A DNA stretch of 64,000 nt from an uncultured Nitrospiraceae bacterium (GCA_963706325.1 CAVPLT010000001.1:416001-480000), one strand, 5' to 3'; counted from the first letter of the stretch, positions 19,799 through 30,665 are shown. A program made the numbers and translations. The notes: generated by a model from the letters alone, not told the origin.

Positions 19799-20281
19799 AT
19801 GCAGTCAAAAATCTTCACAAGAGATAAGCTTACGGAACTACTCGCAGACCATCGCCTGCGGAAACAGGCCATCGTGTTCACGAACGGCTGTTTCGATCTC
19901 ATGCATATCGGCCATACGCGATACCTGCAGGCCGCGCGCGCCCTCGGTGATGTATTAGTCGTCGGCGTCAACTCCGACGTCTCCGTGCGCGCCCTGTGCA
20001 AAGGTACCGATCGCCCCATCGTGCCGGAAGCCCAGCGGGCCGAAATTCTCGCCGCGCTGGCTTGCGTGGACTATGTGGTGATTTTTCAAGAACCTGATCC
20101 AGGATCGCTCATCGCAGCCCTCCAGCCGGATACTCTGGTGAAGGGCGGCGACTGGCCTGTCGATCGGATCGTGGGACGGGACACGGTCGAAGCCCGCGGC
20201 GGACGTGTGCAAACCATTCCGCTCGTTCCCGGCGTCTCGACGACGACGCTCGTGCAACGTATTCGCTCGACTACAGCGTAA
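19799..20281 (+). CDS. rfaE2: D-glycero-beta-D-manno-heptose 1-phosphate adenylyltransferase
   Basis: [18 protein letters not shown] and VKGGDW motifs. Confidence 0.94.
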   Translation: MQSKIFTRDKLTELLADHRLRKQAIVFTNGCFDLMHIGHTRYLQAARALGDVLVVGVNSDVSVRALCKGTDRPIVPEAQRAEILAALACVDYVVIFQEPDPGSLIAALQPDTLVKGGDWPVDRIVGRDTVEARGGRVQTIPLVPGVSTTTLVQRIRSTTA

Positions 20282-20322
20282 AGACGCCGATGAACTTCAA
20301 GTCTTCTAGACAATCACAACAT

Positions 20323-20514
20323 GCAGGGTGGTCGGAAAGTTCGTCCAGCGAGGCCGCAGTGAGGTCCACGGCGCGAAGAATAATGAGCGCTACGTGTGTG
20401 GACGCCGGCGAGACGGTGAGACGGCCGTGTCTTGAAGCGAAGCGTACTTTTAAATGTACGTTGAGCCTCTGCTCGAAGCGAGAACAACGCTGGCGGACTT
20501 TTTCACCAATCTGC
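20323..20514. repeat. Long palindromic REP/MITE-like element (Nitrospira-type)
   Basis: Imperfect terminal inverted repeats GCAGGGTGGTCGGAAAGTTCGTCCAGCG / CGCTGGCGGACTTTTTCACCAATCTGC; internal CCAGCGAGGCCGCAG and GTACGTTGAGCCTCTG. Confidence 0.75.
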
Positions 20515-20524
20515 TAAGGATCTC

Positions 20525-23500
20525 GTGCCTCCTATCCCGCCATCGCATCTCACCAACTGGCTCGCGCCTGCGAGGGAGGCCCTTCACACGGGAACAGGCA
20601 AGCCTTGCCTCATGGGCCTCCATGGTTCAACCGCTGGATTCGGTCTCGCGCTCCTCACGCAGAGCGCGCCGGGCCACCCCCTCGCCGAACGGTCCTGGCT
20701 GGTTGTCGCCAAAACCGATGACGAGGCGGAACGTCTCTATCGCGACACGCTCTTTTTTAGAACGCTCTGCGGACTGACCGGCGATGATCTGGCGCTCTTT
20801 CCGAAATGGGAAACGCTGCCCTATGAATCGACGGTCCCCCACATCGATCTGGTGGCCCGCCGCATGCAGACGCTGCATCGCCTCTGCACGACGGCGCGCA
20901 CCGCGCTGTTCACGTCCATTCCAGCACTGATGCAGCGGGTGCTCCCGGCCATGGTCTTCAGCGACGCCATTCTCCAGTTTCAGCCGAACGGCGATCTGGA
21001 GCGAGAGGTGCTCGTCTCCAGCCTGCTGCGCTTGGGCTACCGAAAAGGTTCCGTGGTGGAGATTCCGGGCGAGTTCAGCATTCGAGGCGGGATCGTCGAT
21101 ATCTATTCGACGGCCTACCCGGACCCGCTACGGGTGGAATTTCTCGGCGACACGATCGAATCACTTCGGTTCTTCGATCCCGCTACCCAAAAGTCGACCG
21201 ACAAGGTCAAACAGGCCTGGGTGCTGCCGGCCCGCGAATTGATCCGCGCTGATGACGCTCCAGACGCGCTCGCGCCTCTCGCGCCAGATGCCGAATGGCA
21301 TGCCCCATCCGTCTATGGAACAATGGACAGCCTCCTGGACTATTTCCCTCAGCCGCCGGTGCTCGTGTTGGATCAGCCGAATGTTCTCAAGGCGCATACG
21401 GCGGAATGCTGGCAAGCCATCGAAGAAGGCTACCTCCGTCACGAAGATCGCAGTGACCCAAATCCCTACCCGACGCCGGACCAACTGTATGTCACATGGG
21501 ATCAAATCCTCGCCGCCACGCACAACTATGCCACCCTCGCGCTTGAGCCGGTGACGGCGCCGAATGCGAGTTGGGAGCCTGTGGTCATCTGTCCGGCTCA
21601 AACACCAGCCAGCGTGGGGCTTGGCCAACGCGGCACTGCGTTCAGCCATACACTGGAGGTCCTGGACCGGCTACGAGAAGGCGGCCCGGTTGTGCTGGTC
21701 GCCCGCAGCCAGGGCCAGGTCGGTCGTCTGCTCGCGCTCTTCGGCGAACATGATCGTCCGGCCGTGGAATGGAAGCCCTCGGCCCTCTCGTCGGGCGGCG
21801 CGCAGAAAGCCCCCTTCTCGGTCCTGAACGGCGAGGTCTCGGCCGGGTTCCTATCTACCGATTTGCGGCTGGTGGTGCTGACCGAAGAAGAACTGTTCGC
21901 AAAGGGCGCCCGCCATAAACCGCAAACTAAGAGCAAAGCGGCCACGTTCCTCTCCTCGCTGGAAGATTTGAATGCCGGCGACTATGTCGTCCATATGCAG
22001 TATGGCATTGCGAAATATCAGGGACTGCGCCGCCTCTCGGTGCAGGATTTCGACAGCGACTTCCTGGTGCTCGAATTTGCCGGGACAGACAAACTGTACG
22101 TCCCCCTCGATCGGCTAAATCAGGTCCAGCGTTATGCGGGAGCCGATGCCCACGTCCCGCGTCTGGACCGTCTCGGCGGCACTAGCTGGGCTAAGACCAC
22201 GGCGCGGGTCAAAAAAGACATCGAGGAAATGGCGCATGAGCTCGTCGATCTCTATGCCAATCGGGAACTGGTCCACCGGACGTCCTATGGCAAAGACAGC
22301 ATGCTCTACCACGAGTTTGAGGCAGCCTTCGAGTATGAGGAAACGCCAGACCAGCGAAAGGCGATCGAAGACATTGCCAATGACATGGCTTCCACCAAAC
22401 CGATGGATCGCCTCGTCTGCGGGGATGTGGGGTACGGCAAAACTGAAGTGGCCATGCGAGCGGCCTTTAAGGCCGTAGAGGAAAACCGGCAAGTGGCAGT
22501 CCTGGTACCGACCACGTTGCTGGCCCATCAGCATTATGACAATTTCGCCGAACGATTTGCCCCTTTTCCCACCCGCGTCGCACTCCTCTCGCGATTTCAA
22601 TCTCCTAAGGATACGAAAGCGATCATCAAGGACACAGCGGCCGGTGTCGTTGATGTACTTATCGGTACCCACCGCCTGCTGCAGAAGGACGTGCAGTTCC
22701 GCAACTTGGGCCTCGTCATCATCGACGAGGAGCAATGGTTCGGCGTGAAACATAAGGAACGCTTGAAACAGTTACGGACGCAGGTCGATGTGTTGACGCT
22801 GACGGCGACCCCGATCCCGCGCACGCTACAGATGACCATGGCGAGCGTGCGCGATCTTTCGATCATCGATACGCCCCCGTCGGGCCGCCTGGCCATCCGC
22901 ACGCAAGTTCTTCGCTTCAGCGAGAAAGCCATTCGAGAGGCCATTCTTCGCGAGCTCGGCCGCGGCGGGCAAACCTACTTTGTCCACAATCGCGTGGAAA
23001 CCATGGAGCGGATGGGCGCCTGGCTCCATGAACTGGTGCCGGAGGCCCGCATCGTGATGGCGCATGGTCAGATGGATTCGAAACCGCTGGAAGCCGTGAT
23101 GCTGAAATTCTTCCACCAGGAAGCCGATATTCTGATCGCCTCCGCCATCATTCAATCCGGCCTGGACGTGCCGACCGCCAACACGATCATCGTCAATCGT
23201 GCCGACGCCTTCGGACTCGCCCAGCTGTACCAGTTGCGCGGGCGCGTGGGGCGAGGCGGTGAGCAAGCCTACGCCTATTTTCTTGTGCCGGACGAAGGTG
23301 CGCTGTCTGACGACGCCCAGAAGCGGCTGACCGCCATCCAGCAGTTCACCGAATTGGGATCGGGTTTCCGCATCGCCGCCGCCGATCTTGAAATTCGTGG
23401 GGCAGGCAATTTGCTCGGCAAGCAGCAATCGGGGCATATCGCCGCCGTCGGGCTGGATCTCTACCTGCAAATGGTCGAGCAGGCTGTGCAGCGGCTGAAG

Positions 23501-23998
23501 GGCCAGGTGGTAGAAGAGGAACCGGACCCTACATTGCGCCTCAGTGTCTCCGCGTTCATCCCGGAAGACTATGTCGCGGACAGCCATCAACGCCTCTCGC
23601 TCTACAAGCGACTATCGTCCTGCGGGCAGCTCGGTGATTTGGCTTTGATGCATGGAGAGATTGAAGATCGCTATGGGCCTCCGCCCGATCCAGTGGAACG
23701 TCTCTTTGAACTGATGCAAATCCGGTTGCTGGCCAAACAACTCCGGTTGAGCTCCGTCGTGGAACAGCCCCATGCCATCGTGATCACGTTTGATCCGAAA
23801 GCCACGATTCCTGAAGCCGCTGTGCAGGCGTTGATGGATCGCTACAAGAAACGATTAAGATTTCTCTCGCCGTTGTCCTTCGAGCTCCAGATGCCGCATG
23901 AGGACTGGAGTTTGGTCTTTCCAGAACTCAACACGACCTTGCAAACCCTGTACGTCTGTGGTACCAACAACCAAGGGCCACGTACCGTCTCGACCTGA
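20525..23998 (+). CDS. mfd: Transcription-repair coupling factor
   Basis: UvrB-like N-terminus, CarD-like RID, GDVGYGKT, TATPIPRTL, QLRGRVGR, DLEIRGAGNLLG and TRCF C-terminal domain. Confidence 0.97.
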   Translation: MPPIPPSHLTNWLAPAREALHTGTGKPCLMGLHGSTAGFGLALLTQSAPGHPLAERSWLVVAKTDDEAERLYRDTLFFRTLCGLTGDDLALFPKWETLPYESTVPHIDLVARRMQTLHRLCTTARTALFTSIPALMQRVLPAMVFSDAILQFQPNGDLEREVLVSSLLRLGYRKGSVVEIPGEFSIRGGIVDIYSTAYPDPLRVEFLGDTIESLRFFDPATQKSTDKVKQAWVLPARELIRADDAPDALAPLAPDAEWHAPSVYGTMDSLLDYFPQPPVLVLDQPNVLKAHTAECWQAIEEGYLRHEDRSDPNPYPTPDQLYVTWDQILAATHNYATLALEPVTAPNASWEPVVICPAQTPASVGLGQRGTAFSHTLEVLDRLREGGPVVLVARSQGQVGRLLALFGEHDRPAVEWKPSALSSGGAQKAPFSVLNGEVSAGFLSTDLRLVVLTEEELFAKGARHKPQTKSKAATFLSSLEDLNAGDYVVHMQYGIAKYQGLRRLSVQDFDSDFLVLEFAGTDKLYVPLDRLNQVQRYAGADAHVPRLDRLGGTSWAKTTARVKKDIEEMAHELVDLYANRELVHRTSYGKDSMLYHEFEAAFEYEETPDQRKAIEDIANDMASTKPMDRLVCGDVGYGKTEVAMRAAFKAVEENRQVAVLVPTTLLAHQHYDNFAERFAPFPTRVALLSRFQSPKDTKAIIKDTAAGVVDVLIGTHRLLQKDVQFRNLGLVIIDEEQWFGVKHKERLKQLRTQVDVLTLTATPIPRTLQMTMASVRDLSIIDTPPSGRLAIRTQVLRFSEKAIREAILRELGRGGQTYFVHNRVETMERMGAWLHELVPEARIVMAHGQMDSKPLEAVMLKFFHQEADILIASAIIQSGLDVPTANTIIVNRADAFGLAQLYQLRGRVGRGGEQAYAYFLVPDEGALSDDAQKRLTAIQQFTELGSGFRIAAADLEIRGAGNLLGKQQSGHIAAVGLDLYLQMVEQAVQRLKGQVVEEEPDPTLRLSVSAFIPEDYVADSHQRLSLYKRLSSCGQLGDLALMHGEIEDRYGPPPDPVERLFELMQIRLLAKQLRLSSVVEQPHAIVITFDPKATIPEAAVQALMDRYKKRLRFLSPLSFELQMPHEDWSLVFPELNTTLQTLYVCGTNNQGPRTVST

Positions 23999-24030
23999 TC
24001 TTCGCAGAGGACGCACCTTCCGCCGACCGC

Positions 24031-24927
24031 ATGACGCCACCGCTCACACGACAAAGTTCTGACCGGCGAGGACGATTGACCTGCCTCGCACTGGCGCTCT
24101 TGGCCTTCAGTCCGTTGGCCGCCTGCACGGAATCTCCTCACGAAGAGCCGGTGGTGGCCATGATCAATGGGCGATCCATTACGCAATCCGAGTTCGCTAT
24201 GCGTTGGGAGGAACTGTCGCAAGCGACCCGGGCCCGATACGAAAAAGAAGGCGGGAAACGTCGCTTTCTGGATGAATTGATCATGCGCGAGTTACTCATG
24301 CAGGAGGCGCGCAAACAGGGGTTGGATCAAGCCGATGACATCCGCGAAAAGACGCGGCAGTACAAGGAACAATTGATTTTGGATGAGTTGCTCAAAGATC
24401 GAATCAAGACCAAGGTCGAGGTCTCGAAAGAAGAACTGGACACGTACCTCGGGAACCACGCGAATCAACTCCTGGCCAATCCGAAGGTGCAGGTCTCGGT
24501 CATGCTGCTCCCGAACGTCTACGCGGCGAAGGACCTTAAACGGCAGGTGGAAGGCGGTGGCAACTTCACCCGCTTTGCCATTCGGTATTCGATCGATGAG
24601 CGAAGCCGCGCCAAGGGCGGTGACCTGGGCCCCTACCGCAAAGGCCTGTTGGAGCCGGAACTCGAGGCGTTGATTCCCTCCCTTCACCCAGGGGCCGTCA
24701 GTGATCCAATCAAGACAGACAAGGGCTATTACCTCATGAAGGTCAGTCCCCTGGAACCGGAAATCCTTCAGGCCGACCAAGCCATTCGCGAACGACTCAG
24801 ACAAGAATTGCTGGCGGAAAAACGTCGCAAGCGGCTGGACGATATTTTTGCCGAACTCCGCTCCGGCGCGACGATTCGTTTGGCCGACGCCGCTCGGTAC
24901 GTGATCGATGAACCCGCTCGTCCCTAG
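24031..24927 (+). CDS. PpiC-type peptidyl-prolyl isomerase lipoprotein (PrsA-like)
   Basis: Lipobox LAAC; YSID, KGGDLG and PIKTDKGY motifs. Confidence 0.88.
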   Translation: MTPPLTRQSSDRRGRLTCLALALLAFSPLAACTESPHEEPVVAMINGRSITQSEFAMRWEELSQATRARYEKEGGKRRFLDELIMRELLMQEARKQGLDQADDIREKTRQYKEQLILDELLKDRIKTKVEVSKEELDTYLGNHANQLLANPKVQVSVMLLPNVYAAKDLKRQVEGGGNFTRFAIRYSIDERSRAKGGDLGPYRKGLLEPELEALIPSLHPGAVSDPIKTDKGYYLMKVSPLEPEILQADQAIRERLRQELLAEKRRKRLDDIFAELRSGATIRLADAARYVIDEPARP

Positions 24928-25139
24928 TGCCCACCCGATCCGTCCGCTCAGTATCCTCGACTTGAATCCTTCCAGGAAGCTCATCTCTAGAACGCTGCCC
25001 TTCTGAAGTCCCGATTGTGTACAATCCCATGAACTCCATGAAGGACCGATTCATCTTTTCCGCCATGCGCCAACTCATCGGCAAACTCATCCTTATCCTG
25101 AGGCCACTACCGGATATGCGGATCCATGGTGTGACCGGC

Positions 25140-26069
25140 ATGTCCGGTTTTAGTTGCCTGTTGTTCGGGTTCTGTCTCGTCCTTGCCTGTGTCAGTCCCA
25201 CGGCAGCCGCGAAACTGGAAGATCGCATTCTCGCAGTGGTCAATAAAGACCTGATTATGTTGTCGGAGCTGAAACGCGATTTACTTCCGGAGCAAGACCG
25301 CCTTCGCAAGCTGTATAAAGGAGAGGAACTGGAACGTCGCCTCAGGACGGCTGAGGCCATGGCTCTGACGAAGATGATTGAGCGCAAACTGCAACTTCAA
25401 GCCGCGCAAAACAAAGGGGTGGACGTATCCGACCAAGAGGTCGTGCAAGCGGTGGAAGAAATGAAGAAGCAGGGTGAGCAACTCAATACTGCCGATCCCA
25501 ACACCGCCAGAAGTGTTCGCGAACAATTGACGCTCATGCGCGTCGTCGACCGGGAAGTCCGAGGCCTGATTATGGTGGCGGACTCGGAAATGAAACGCTA
25601 CTACCGGGAACACCAGGATCGCTTCGCCTACCCTGAGGAGTATCAGCTGAGCCAGATCTTGATCAAGCCGCGCACCCCGGACGATCTCGCGGTTGCACAG
25701 GGCCGAGCCGAGGCCCTTTTGGCAACCCTGAAACAAGGTGAGCCGTTCGAAGATCTGGCGTTGCGCTTTTCCGATAGCGCGGATGCGTCGCGGGGCGGCC
25801 GGCTAGGGCTGGTGCGGCAGGGCGAGCTGATTCCCGCATTGGAACAGGCGTTGACGTCTCTGCAGGTGGGACAACTGACGGGGATTGTCGAGACGGCGGA
25901 AGGGTTGCATATCGTGCGTGTCGACGACAAGAAACCGCGCCAGTTTCGGCCCTTCGAGCAGGTGAAGGCAGAAATCCAGTCACTGGTGTTTCAACAAAAA
26001 ACCGAAGACCAGTATCAGATCTGGATGGCCGACCTGAAGAACAAAGCCTACATCGAGATCAAGTTTTAA
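25140..26069 (+). CDS. SurA/PpiC-type chaperone-isomerase (start uncertain)
   Basis: DRILAVVN N-terminus; SQILIK, RGGRLG and GLHIVRV motifs. Confidence 0.88.
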   Translation: MSGFSCLLFGFCLVLACVSPTAAAKLEDRILAVVNKDLIMLSELKRDLLPEQDRLRKLYKGEELERRLRTAEAMALTKMIERKLQLQAAQNKGVDVSDQEVVQAVEEMKKQGEQLNTADPNTARSVREQLTLMRVVDREVRGLIMVADSEMKRYYREHQDRFAYPEEYQLSQILIKPRTPDDLAVAQGRAEALLATLKQGEPFEDLALRFSDSADASRGGRLGLVRQGELIPALEQALTSLQVGQLTGIVETAEGLHIVRVDDKKPRQFRPFEQVKAEIQSLVFQQKTEDQYQIWMADLKNKAYIEIKF

Positions 26070-26661
26070 ACTGCGAACGAATCTCCCCCCAGAGGGAGTC
26101 CCGTCCCTCATGCGTTTCGGCCGAATACAAGAGAACCGGCACCTCCGGGCTCAATCCGAAGGCGGCCCGCACGGCGTCCAGGCTGGGGGCGCGCTCGCTT
26201 TGTCGCAGCTTATCCGCTTTCGTGAGGACGAGGATGAGACCGCATCCCAGGGATTGAACCCATTGAACCGTCAACACATCCTGCGGCATCCACACGCGCG
26301 CTTCGATCAACAGGATGACGGCCCCGAGCGATTCTCGCCTTTCAAGATATTGCTCTATCATCGGTCCCCATTGGGCCCGCATAGCTTTTGAGACCTTGGC
26401 ATATCCGTACCCCGGCAGATCCACCAGCGATAACAGCGAGAGGTGCGGGTCCGAGGTGCGAACCGTAAAGAAATTCACCGCGCGAGTTTTTCCAGGGGTC
26501 TTGCTGACTTTGGCCAGTTTCTTCCGGTGGAGCAATGAATTGATCAGCGACGACTTCCCGACGTTCGACCGTCCCACGAAGGCGATCTCCGGCAAGCGGT
26601 CGGGAGGAAACTGTTCTGGAGTGACGGAACTTTTGATAAACTCGGCGCTCAGTAATTTCAT
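26059..26661 (-). CDS. engB: Ribosome biogenesis GTP-binding protein YihA/YsxC
   Basis: GRSNVGKSS, SKTPGKT, DLPGYGY and TKAD motifs. Confidence 0.95.
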   Translation of the reverse strand: MKLLSAEFIKSSVTPEQFPPDRLPEIAFVGRSNVGKSSLINSLLHRKKLAKVSKTPGKTRAVNFFTVRTSDPHLSLLSLVDLPGYGYAKVSKAMRAQWGPMIEQYLERRESLGAVILLIEARVWMPQDVLTVQWVQSLGCGLILVLTKADKLRQSERAPSLDAVRAAFGLSPEVPVLLYSAETHEGRDSLWGEIRSQFKT

Positions 26662-26761
26662 GGTAGTGACTCACGGTCCGTTTGGCGGGATGCACATTCA
26701 CCTTCGGTGATCACGACCGAACGGTGGCACATCTCGTGCGTCCATAGATAGAGTGTTGGGA

Positions 26762-27550
26762 ATGAGCAAGTCAACTGGCAGTCGATTCGGCCGGATCCTG
26801 TTTTGGCTGACCGTGCTCGTCGGTCTGCCACTCGCCGCATTGGGACTATACTGGTTGACGACCTTGCCGGATGTGGCCGCTCTCGCCAAACACCGTCCGA
26901 CGGATACCGCGCTGATGGAAGCGCGACGAGCCCAGGCCAAAGAACAGGGCCGCAGTCAGCACCAGCAATTCATCTGGGTCCCGCTGACGCGAATTGCGCC
27001 CGCACTCCAGCGGGCGGTGGTCGCGGCTGAGGATGCCTTGTTCTTCGCGCACGAAGGCTTCGATTGGGAGGGCATCAAGGATGCCGCGCTGTACAATCTG
27101 GAGGTCGGCGAATTCAAACGCGGGGGGAGTACCATCACCCAGCAACTGGCAAAAAACCTGTACCTCTCTTCGGAACGCTCCCTCTTTCGAAAAGCCAGGG
27201 AAGCGTTGATCACCCGCTCCCTGGAACATCATTTGACTAAGGAACGGATTCTGGAGTTGTATCTGAACGTCGCCGAATGGGGCCAAGGGGTGTTCGGAGC
27301 GGAAGCGGCTGCGCGTCACCACTTTGGCAAAACGGCGAAGGAGTTGACGCTCGATGAAGCGGCTCTCCTGGCGGCGATTCTCCCATCCCCACGCCGATAT
27401 GATCCCATCCGCCACACCGCCTACTTGAACCGACGGCAGCACCACATCATCCGATGGTTGGAACGAGGCGGCGGCCGAAAGCCGGTCTCACTCTCGCGGG
27501 CCCGCAACCAATCGGACAGGGGAGAGTTTCCCTGGTGGAGCACTGAATAA
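26762..27550 (+). CDS. mtgA: Monofunctional biosynthetic peptidoglycan transglycosylase
   Basis: AEDALF, RGGSTITQQLAKNL, RKARE and KERILELYLN motifs. Confidence 0.93.
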   Translation: MSKSTGSRFGRILFWLTVLVGLPLAALGLYWLTTLPDVAALAKHRPTDTALMEARRAQAKEQGRSQHQQFIWVPLTRIAPALQRAVVAAEDALFFAHEGFDWEGIKDAALYNLEVGEFKRGGSTITQQLAKNLYLSSERSLFRKAREALITRSLEHHLTKERILELYLNVAEWGQGVFGAEAAARHHFGKTAKELTLDEAALLAAILPSPRRYDPIRHTAYLNRRQHHIIRWLERGGGRKPVSLSRARNQSDRGEFPWWSTE

Positions 27551-27585
27551 CGCCTGCTGCGAGCTGCCGATCCACGCGACTGCGC

Positions 27586-28014
27586 TTACTCAGCATCCCC
27601 GACTGACGTAAAATTCCGTTCCCCGAAAATTGCCGATTCATACAGGTAGTGTTTGAATTCAAGGAGATTCTGGGAGGGATCTTCTAAAAAGAAGGTGAGA
27701 TGTTCGATGCGTGTGCCGGCAAACCTTCGTCGAGGCTGTTGATAGAATTTCAATCCGTTGTGCTTGGCTCGGTCGGCCAAGGCTTGCCATTCTGCTTCCA
27801 AAGTCAGAACCAGGCCGAAGTGCCGAGGATAGACCCCCTTCTGCGGGACAATCCCATCGGTGGCAAGATGCGCAATTAATTGATGTCCGGCAAGTCCGAA
27901 TGTCACGGCGGTAGATGATTCTCGCCCCAGCACACAGCCAAGGCCGTCCACGTAGAAATGTTTCGCGGCCGAAAGGTCTCGAACAGGGAATGCGAGGTGA
28001 AACAATGCTGGCAT
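27586..28014 (-). CDS. VOC/glyoxalase family protein
   Basis: FHLAFPV, PRHFG and DPSQNLLEFK motifs. Confidence 0.9.
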   Translation of the reverse strand: MPALFHLAFPVRDLSAAKHFYVDGLGCVLGRESSTAVTFGLAGHQLIAHLATDGIVPQKGVYPRHFGLVLTLEAEWQALADRAKHNGLKFYQQPRRRFAGTRIEHLTFFLEDPSQNLLEFKHYLYESAIFGERNFTSVGDAE

Positions 28015-28053
28015 AATGTGGCGCCTCGCGTCACTCTATCAAGCCCTCGCGGG

Positions 28054-28992
28054 CTACGCAAACCGCCCTTGAACACGTGGGCGCCCGTCACTCCCGATAT
28101 GGCCGGCTACCATATGCGGGGTGCTGTGCCTGATCGCAAACCGCCCATCAGGCGATAACACCAGCACACCGGCGGCCCCACGAATACGCTCCACGACCTT
28201 CCGCAACACTCGATTGGCGGATACGACCGGACTCCAGCCGCATGCCAGCAGATCGCTGATTTCCTTGGCCACTGCCACGCGGATGATACCTTCTCCCAAT
28301 CCCGTCATTGAAACGGCTCCCGACTCATTGTCGGCATAGACGCCGCAGCCGATCAAGGGCGTATCGCCCACTCGGCCGGGCAACATGACATCCACGCCGC
28401 CCGTCGACGCCCCTGCTGCGACGGTGCCCGCGAGATCCAATGCCACCGCGCCCACCGTTTCTTTGCCCATGGCGCGTGCGCGGACATGTCCGGTTCGCAT
28501 GAGTTCCTGATGCAGTCGCAGGGTTCGGCCTAACCCGGCGCGCGGAGTCAATTCATAGGCCCGCAGTGCAGGCGCGCGCTTGGCGCGGGAAAGGCGCTCT
28601 AAACCAAAATGCCGCGCAAAGCGGGACGCGGCGGATCCGACAATCAATACATGCCCAGTTTTCTCCATAACCAACCGTGCCGCGGCTATCGGATAGACAA
28701 TGCCTTCGATCGAGGCCACGGCCCCCGCCCGCAGCCTATGCCCATCCATGATGGAGGCATCCATGCGCCGCACGCCGTCGAGTTGGTGGTTCGCGCCTCG
28801 TCCCGCGTTAAACAGTCCTGAATCTTCCAACAGGCGAATAGCTGCTTCGACCACCGACACTGCTCCCTGGCCGGCCATGAGCAATCGATGGCCCTCAGCT
28901 AACGCCGATTCAATACAGGCCGCCTGCGCGGCGGTCATGGCGCGGCGTCCCGCGCCACCGTGAATTAAAAGAAGCGGCCGAGATCGTTTCAA
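28054..28992 (-). CDS. iaaA: Isoaspartyl peptidase / L-asparaginase (Ntn hydrolase)
   Basis: IHGGAG, FNAGRG, ETVGAVA, STGG and GRVGDTP motifs. Confidence 0.93.
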   Translation of the reverse strand: MKRSRPLLLIHGGAGRRAMTAAQAACIESALAEGHRLLMAGQGAVSVVEAAIRLLEDSGLFNAGRGANHQLDGVRRMDASIMDGHRLRAGAVASIEGIVYPIAAARLVMEKTGHVLIVGSAASRFARHFGLERLSRAKRAPALRAYELTPRAGLGRTLRLHQELMRTGHVRARAMGKETVGAVALDLAGTVAAGASTGGVDVMLPGRVGDTPLIGCGVYADNESGAVSMTGLGEGIIRVAVAKEISDLLACGWSPVVSANRVLRKVVERIRGAAGVLVLSPDGRFAIRHSTPHMVAGHIGSDGRPRVQGRFA

Positions 28993-29546
28993 TTGAGCAG
29001 CAGATCTTTGAGGGGACGGTAGGCAGGATCCTGCATGCGATCCAGGTCTGACCGGACGAATCCGAGGCCGGTCACACAGAGTTCGAAATTTTCCGATAAC
29101 TTCCTGAACAGCGGGGAGTCCTGTTCAGGGTCATAGTCTGCCACTAATCCATAAGAGCGTTTTCCCGTCTTCATATAATCCACCAGAAAATCTTGATGGT
29201 AGATGAGGCCCGCGGTTTTGAGGCGGCGAAGATATTCGGGGAACAGGCCGGTCATAAATAACGTGAAGTCACCGATGTGCCGATGGACCTCGCGCTCACG
29301 GTCGAACGACTGGGCCTCCATCAACACCTCGGACTCGAAAAGCATCTCGACGACCGAGTCGAGGGCGCGACCTTGTTTGTTTTGAATTTTAAAGAGTTGA
29401 TCGGTATGGGCAAATTCGACGAGCAGGTTGGAGACATATTCGGTGACGTTGAGATCCGGCCACCCGAGGTGTTCGGTAAAACTTTTTTCCGTCAACGCGC
29501 CAAACAGTTGACGGAGTGGATGGCTGCGAGAAACGGTACTTCCCAT
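28989..29546 (-). CDS. Conserved hypothetical protein
   Basis: 185-aa ORF with GGAGGT RBS; HIGDFTLFMTGLFPE motif; stop overlaps the iaaA start. Confidence 0.85.
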   Translation of the reverse strand: MGSTVSRSHPLRQLFGALTEKSFTEHLGWPDLNVTEYVSNLLVEFAHTDQLFKIQNKQGRALDSVVEMLFESEVLMEAQSFDREREVHRHIGDFTLFMTGLFPEYLRRLKTAGLIYHQDFLVDYMKTGKRSYGLVADYDPEQDSPLFRKLSENFELCVTGLGFVRSDLDRMQDPAYRPLKDLLLN

Positions 29547-29664
29547 CTCGACCTCCCGGGCGATCCATGCCCTTTGAACACAGTATAACAGGCCATACGT
29601 GACTCGATCGATCCTTCTCCCTGCATCCTTATCGGCGCCCCATTACGAAACTTAAGCGTGGAGA

Positions 29665-30114
29665 TCATGATCCGCGTCGACTATCCAAAATGAAGGTCAC
29701 CGGTCCATCGTTCACCAGTTCTACCTGCATCTGCGCCCCGAATCTACCGGTCTCTACACTGATGCCGGCGGCCTGTAGCCGGCCCACCGCGTCATCATAC
29801 AATGCACGGGCTTCAGCCGGCAGGGCAGCTAGGTCGAACCCTGGTCGACGGCCTTTGGTGGTATCGCCAAGCAGCGTAAATTGAGAGACGACCAATAGGG
29901 CTCCGCCGACATCGCTCAGCGACAGATTCATCTTTCCCTCATGATCGGCAAAAATCCGGAGTGTCCGAATTTTTTCGACGATATAGAGCAAATCGTGCTG
30001 TCCGTCGTCCTTGGCAATCCCCAACAGGACCAGAAGACCGGCCCCGATCCGGCCAGCCACTTGGCCGTCCACCTCTACGGTGGCTCGCGTGACCCGTTGA
30101 AGGACAGCTTTCAT
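29665..30114 (-). CDS. dtd: D-aminoacyl-tRNA deacylase
   Basis: [13 protein letters not shown] and NDGPVT motifs. Confidence 0.96.
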   Translation of the reverse strand: MKAVLQRVTRATVEVDGQVAGRIGAGLLVLLGIAKDDGQHDLLYIVEKIRTLRIFADHEGKMNLSLSDVGGALLVVSQFTLLGDTTKGRRPGFDLAALPAEARALYDDAVGRLQAAGISVETGRFGAQMQVELVNDGPVTFILDSRRGS

Positions 30115-30155
30115 AAGTTATTCGTACGGGTCATTGCGGGATGGCCCGCCGCTAC

Positions 30156-30665
30156 TCACTCAGCGTTTCGCAATTGCGCCAAGGTTCCTTCCAACCTTAG
30201 GAGCCGCCTCTTTACCGGCAACCCGCAGGAGAATCCGCCCAGCGAGCCGTCGTGCGCAATAATCCGATGACAAGGCACCACAATAGGCACTGGATTGGCG
30301 CCAAGCGCCATGCCCACCGCCCGGGCATAGTGTTTCCCGCCCACGCGACTTGCAACCCATTGGTAGGATCGGACACGGCCATAGGGGATCCGTGCAATTG
30401 CTTTCCAGACTTTCCGTTGAAATGATGTCCCGGCAGACAAATCTACCGGGAGAGAGAAGTCCCGCCGAGTACCCTGAATGTATGCCAGCAGCTGTGACCG
30501 CGCCTCCTCGATGAGGGCGGTAGCCGCCTCATGCGCGCCTCGCTCCTCCTGCCGGGGGGATGCTTGGCGCTTCGCAGGGGATAAATGAATGGAGGTGATT
30601 CCCTTCTCAGAGGCCGCAATCCCCACCCACCCCCACGCGGTTTTGAACGTCATTTCCCTTGTCAT
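30156..30665 (-). CDS. ogt: Methylated-DNA-protein-cysteine methyltransferase
   Basis: FQRKVW, RAVG and VPCHRII motifs. Confidence 0.93.
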   Translation of the reverse strand: MTREMTFKTAWGWVGIAASEKGITSIHLSPAKRQASPRQEERGAHEAATALIEEARSQLLAYIQGTRRDFSLPVDLSAGTSFQRKVWKAIARIPYGRVRSYQWVASRVGGKHYARAVGMALGANPVPIVVPCHRIIAHDGSLGGFSCGLPVKRRLLRLEGTLAQLRNAE

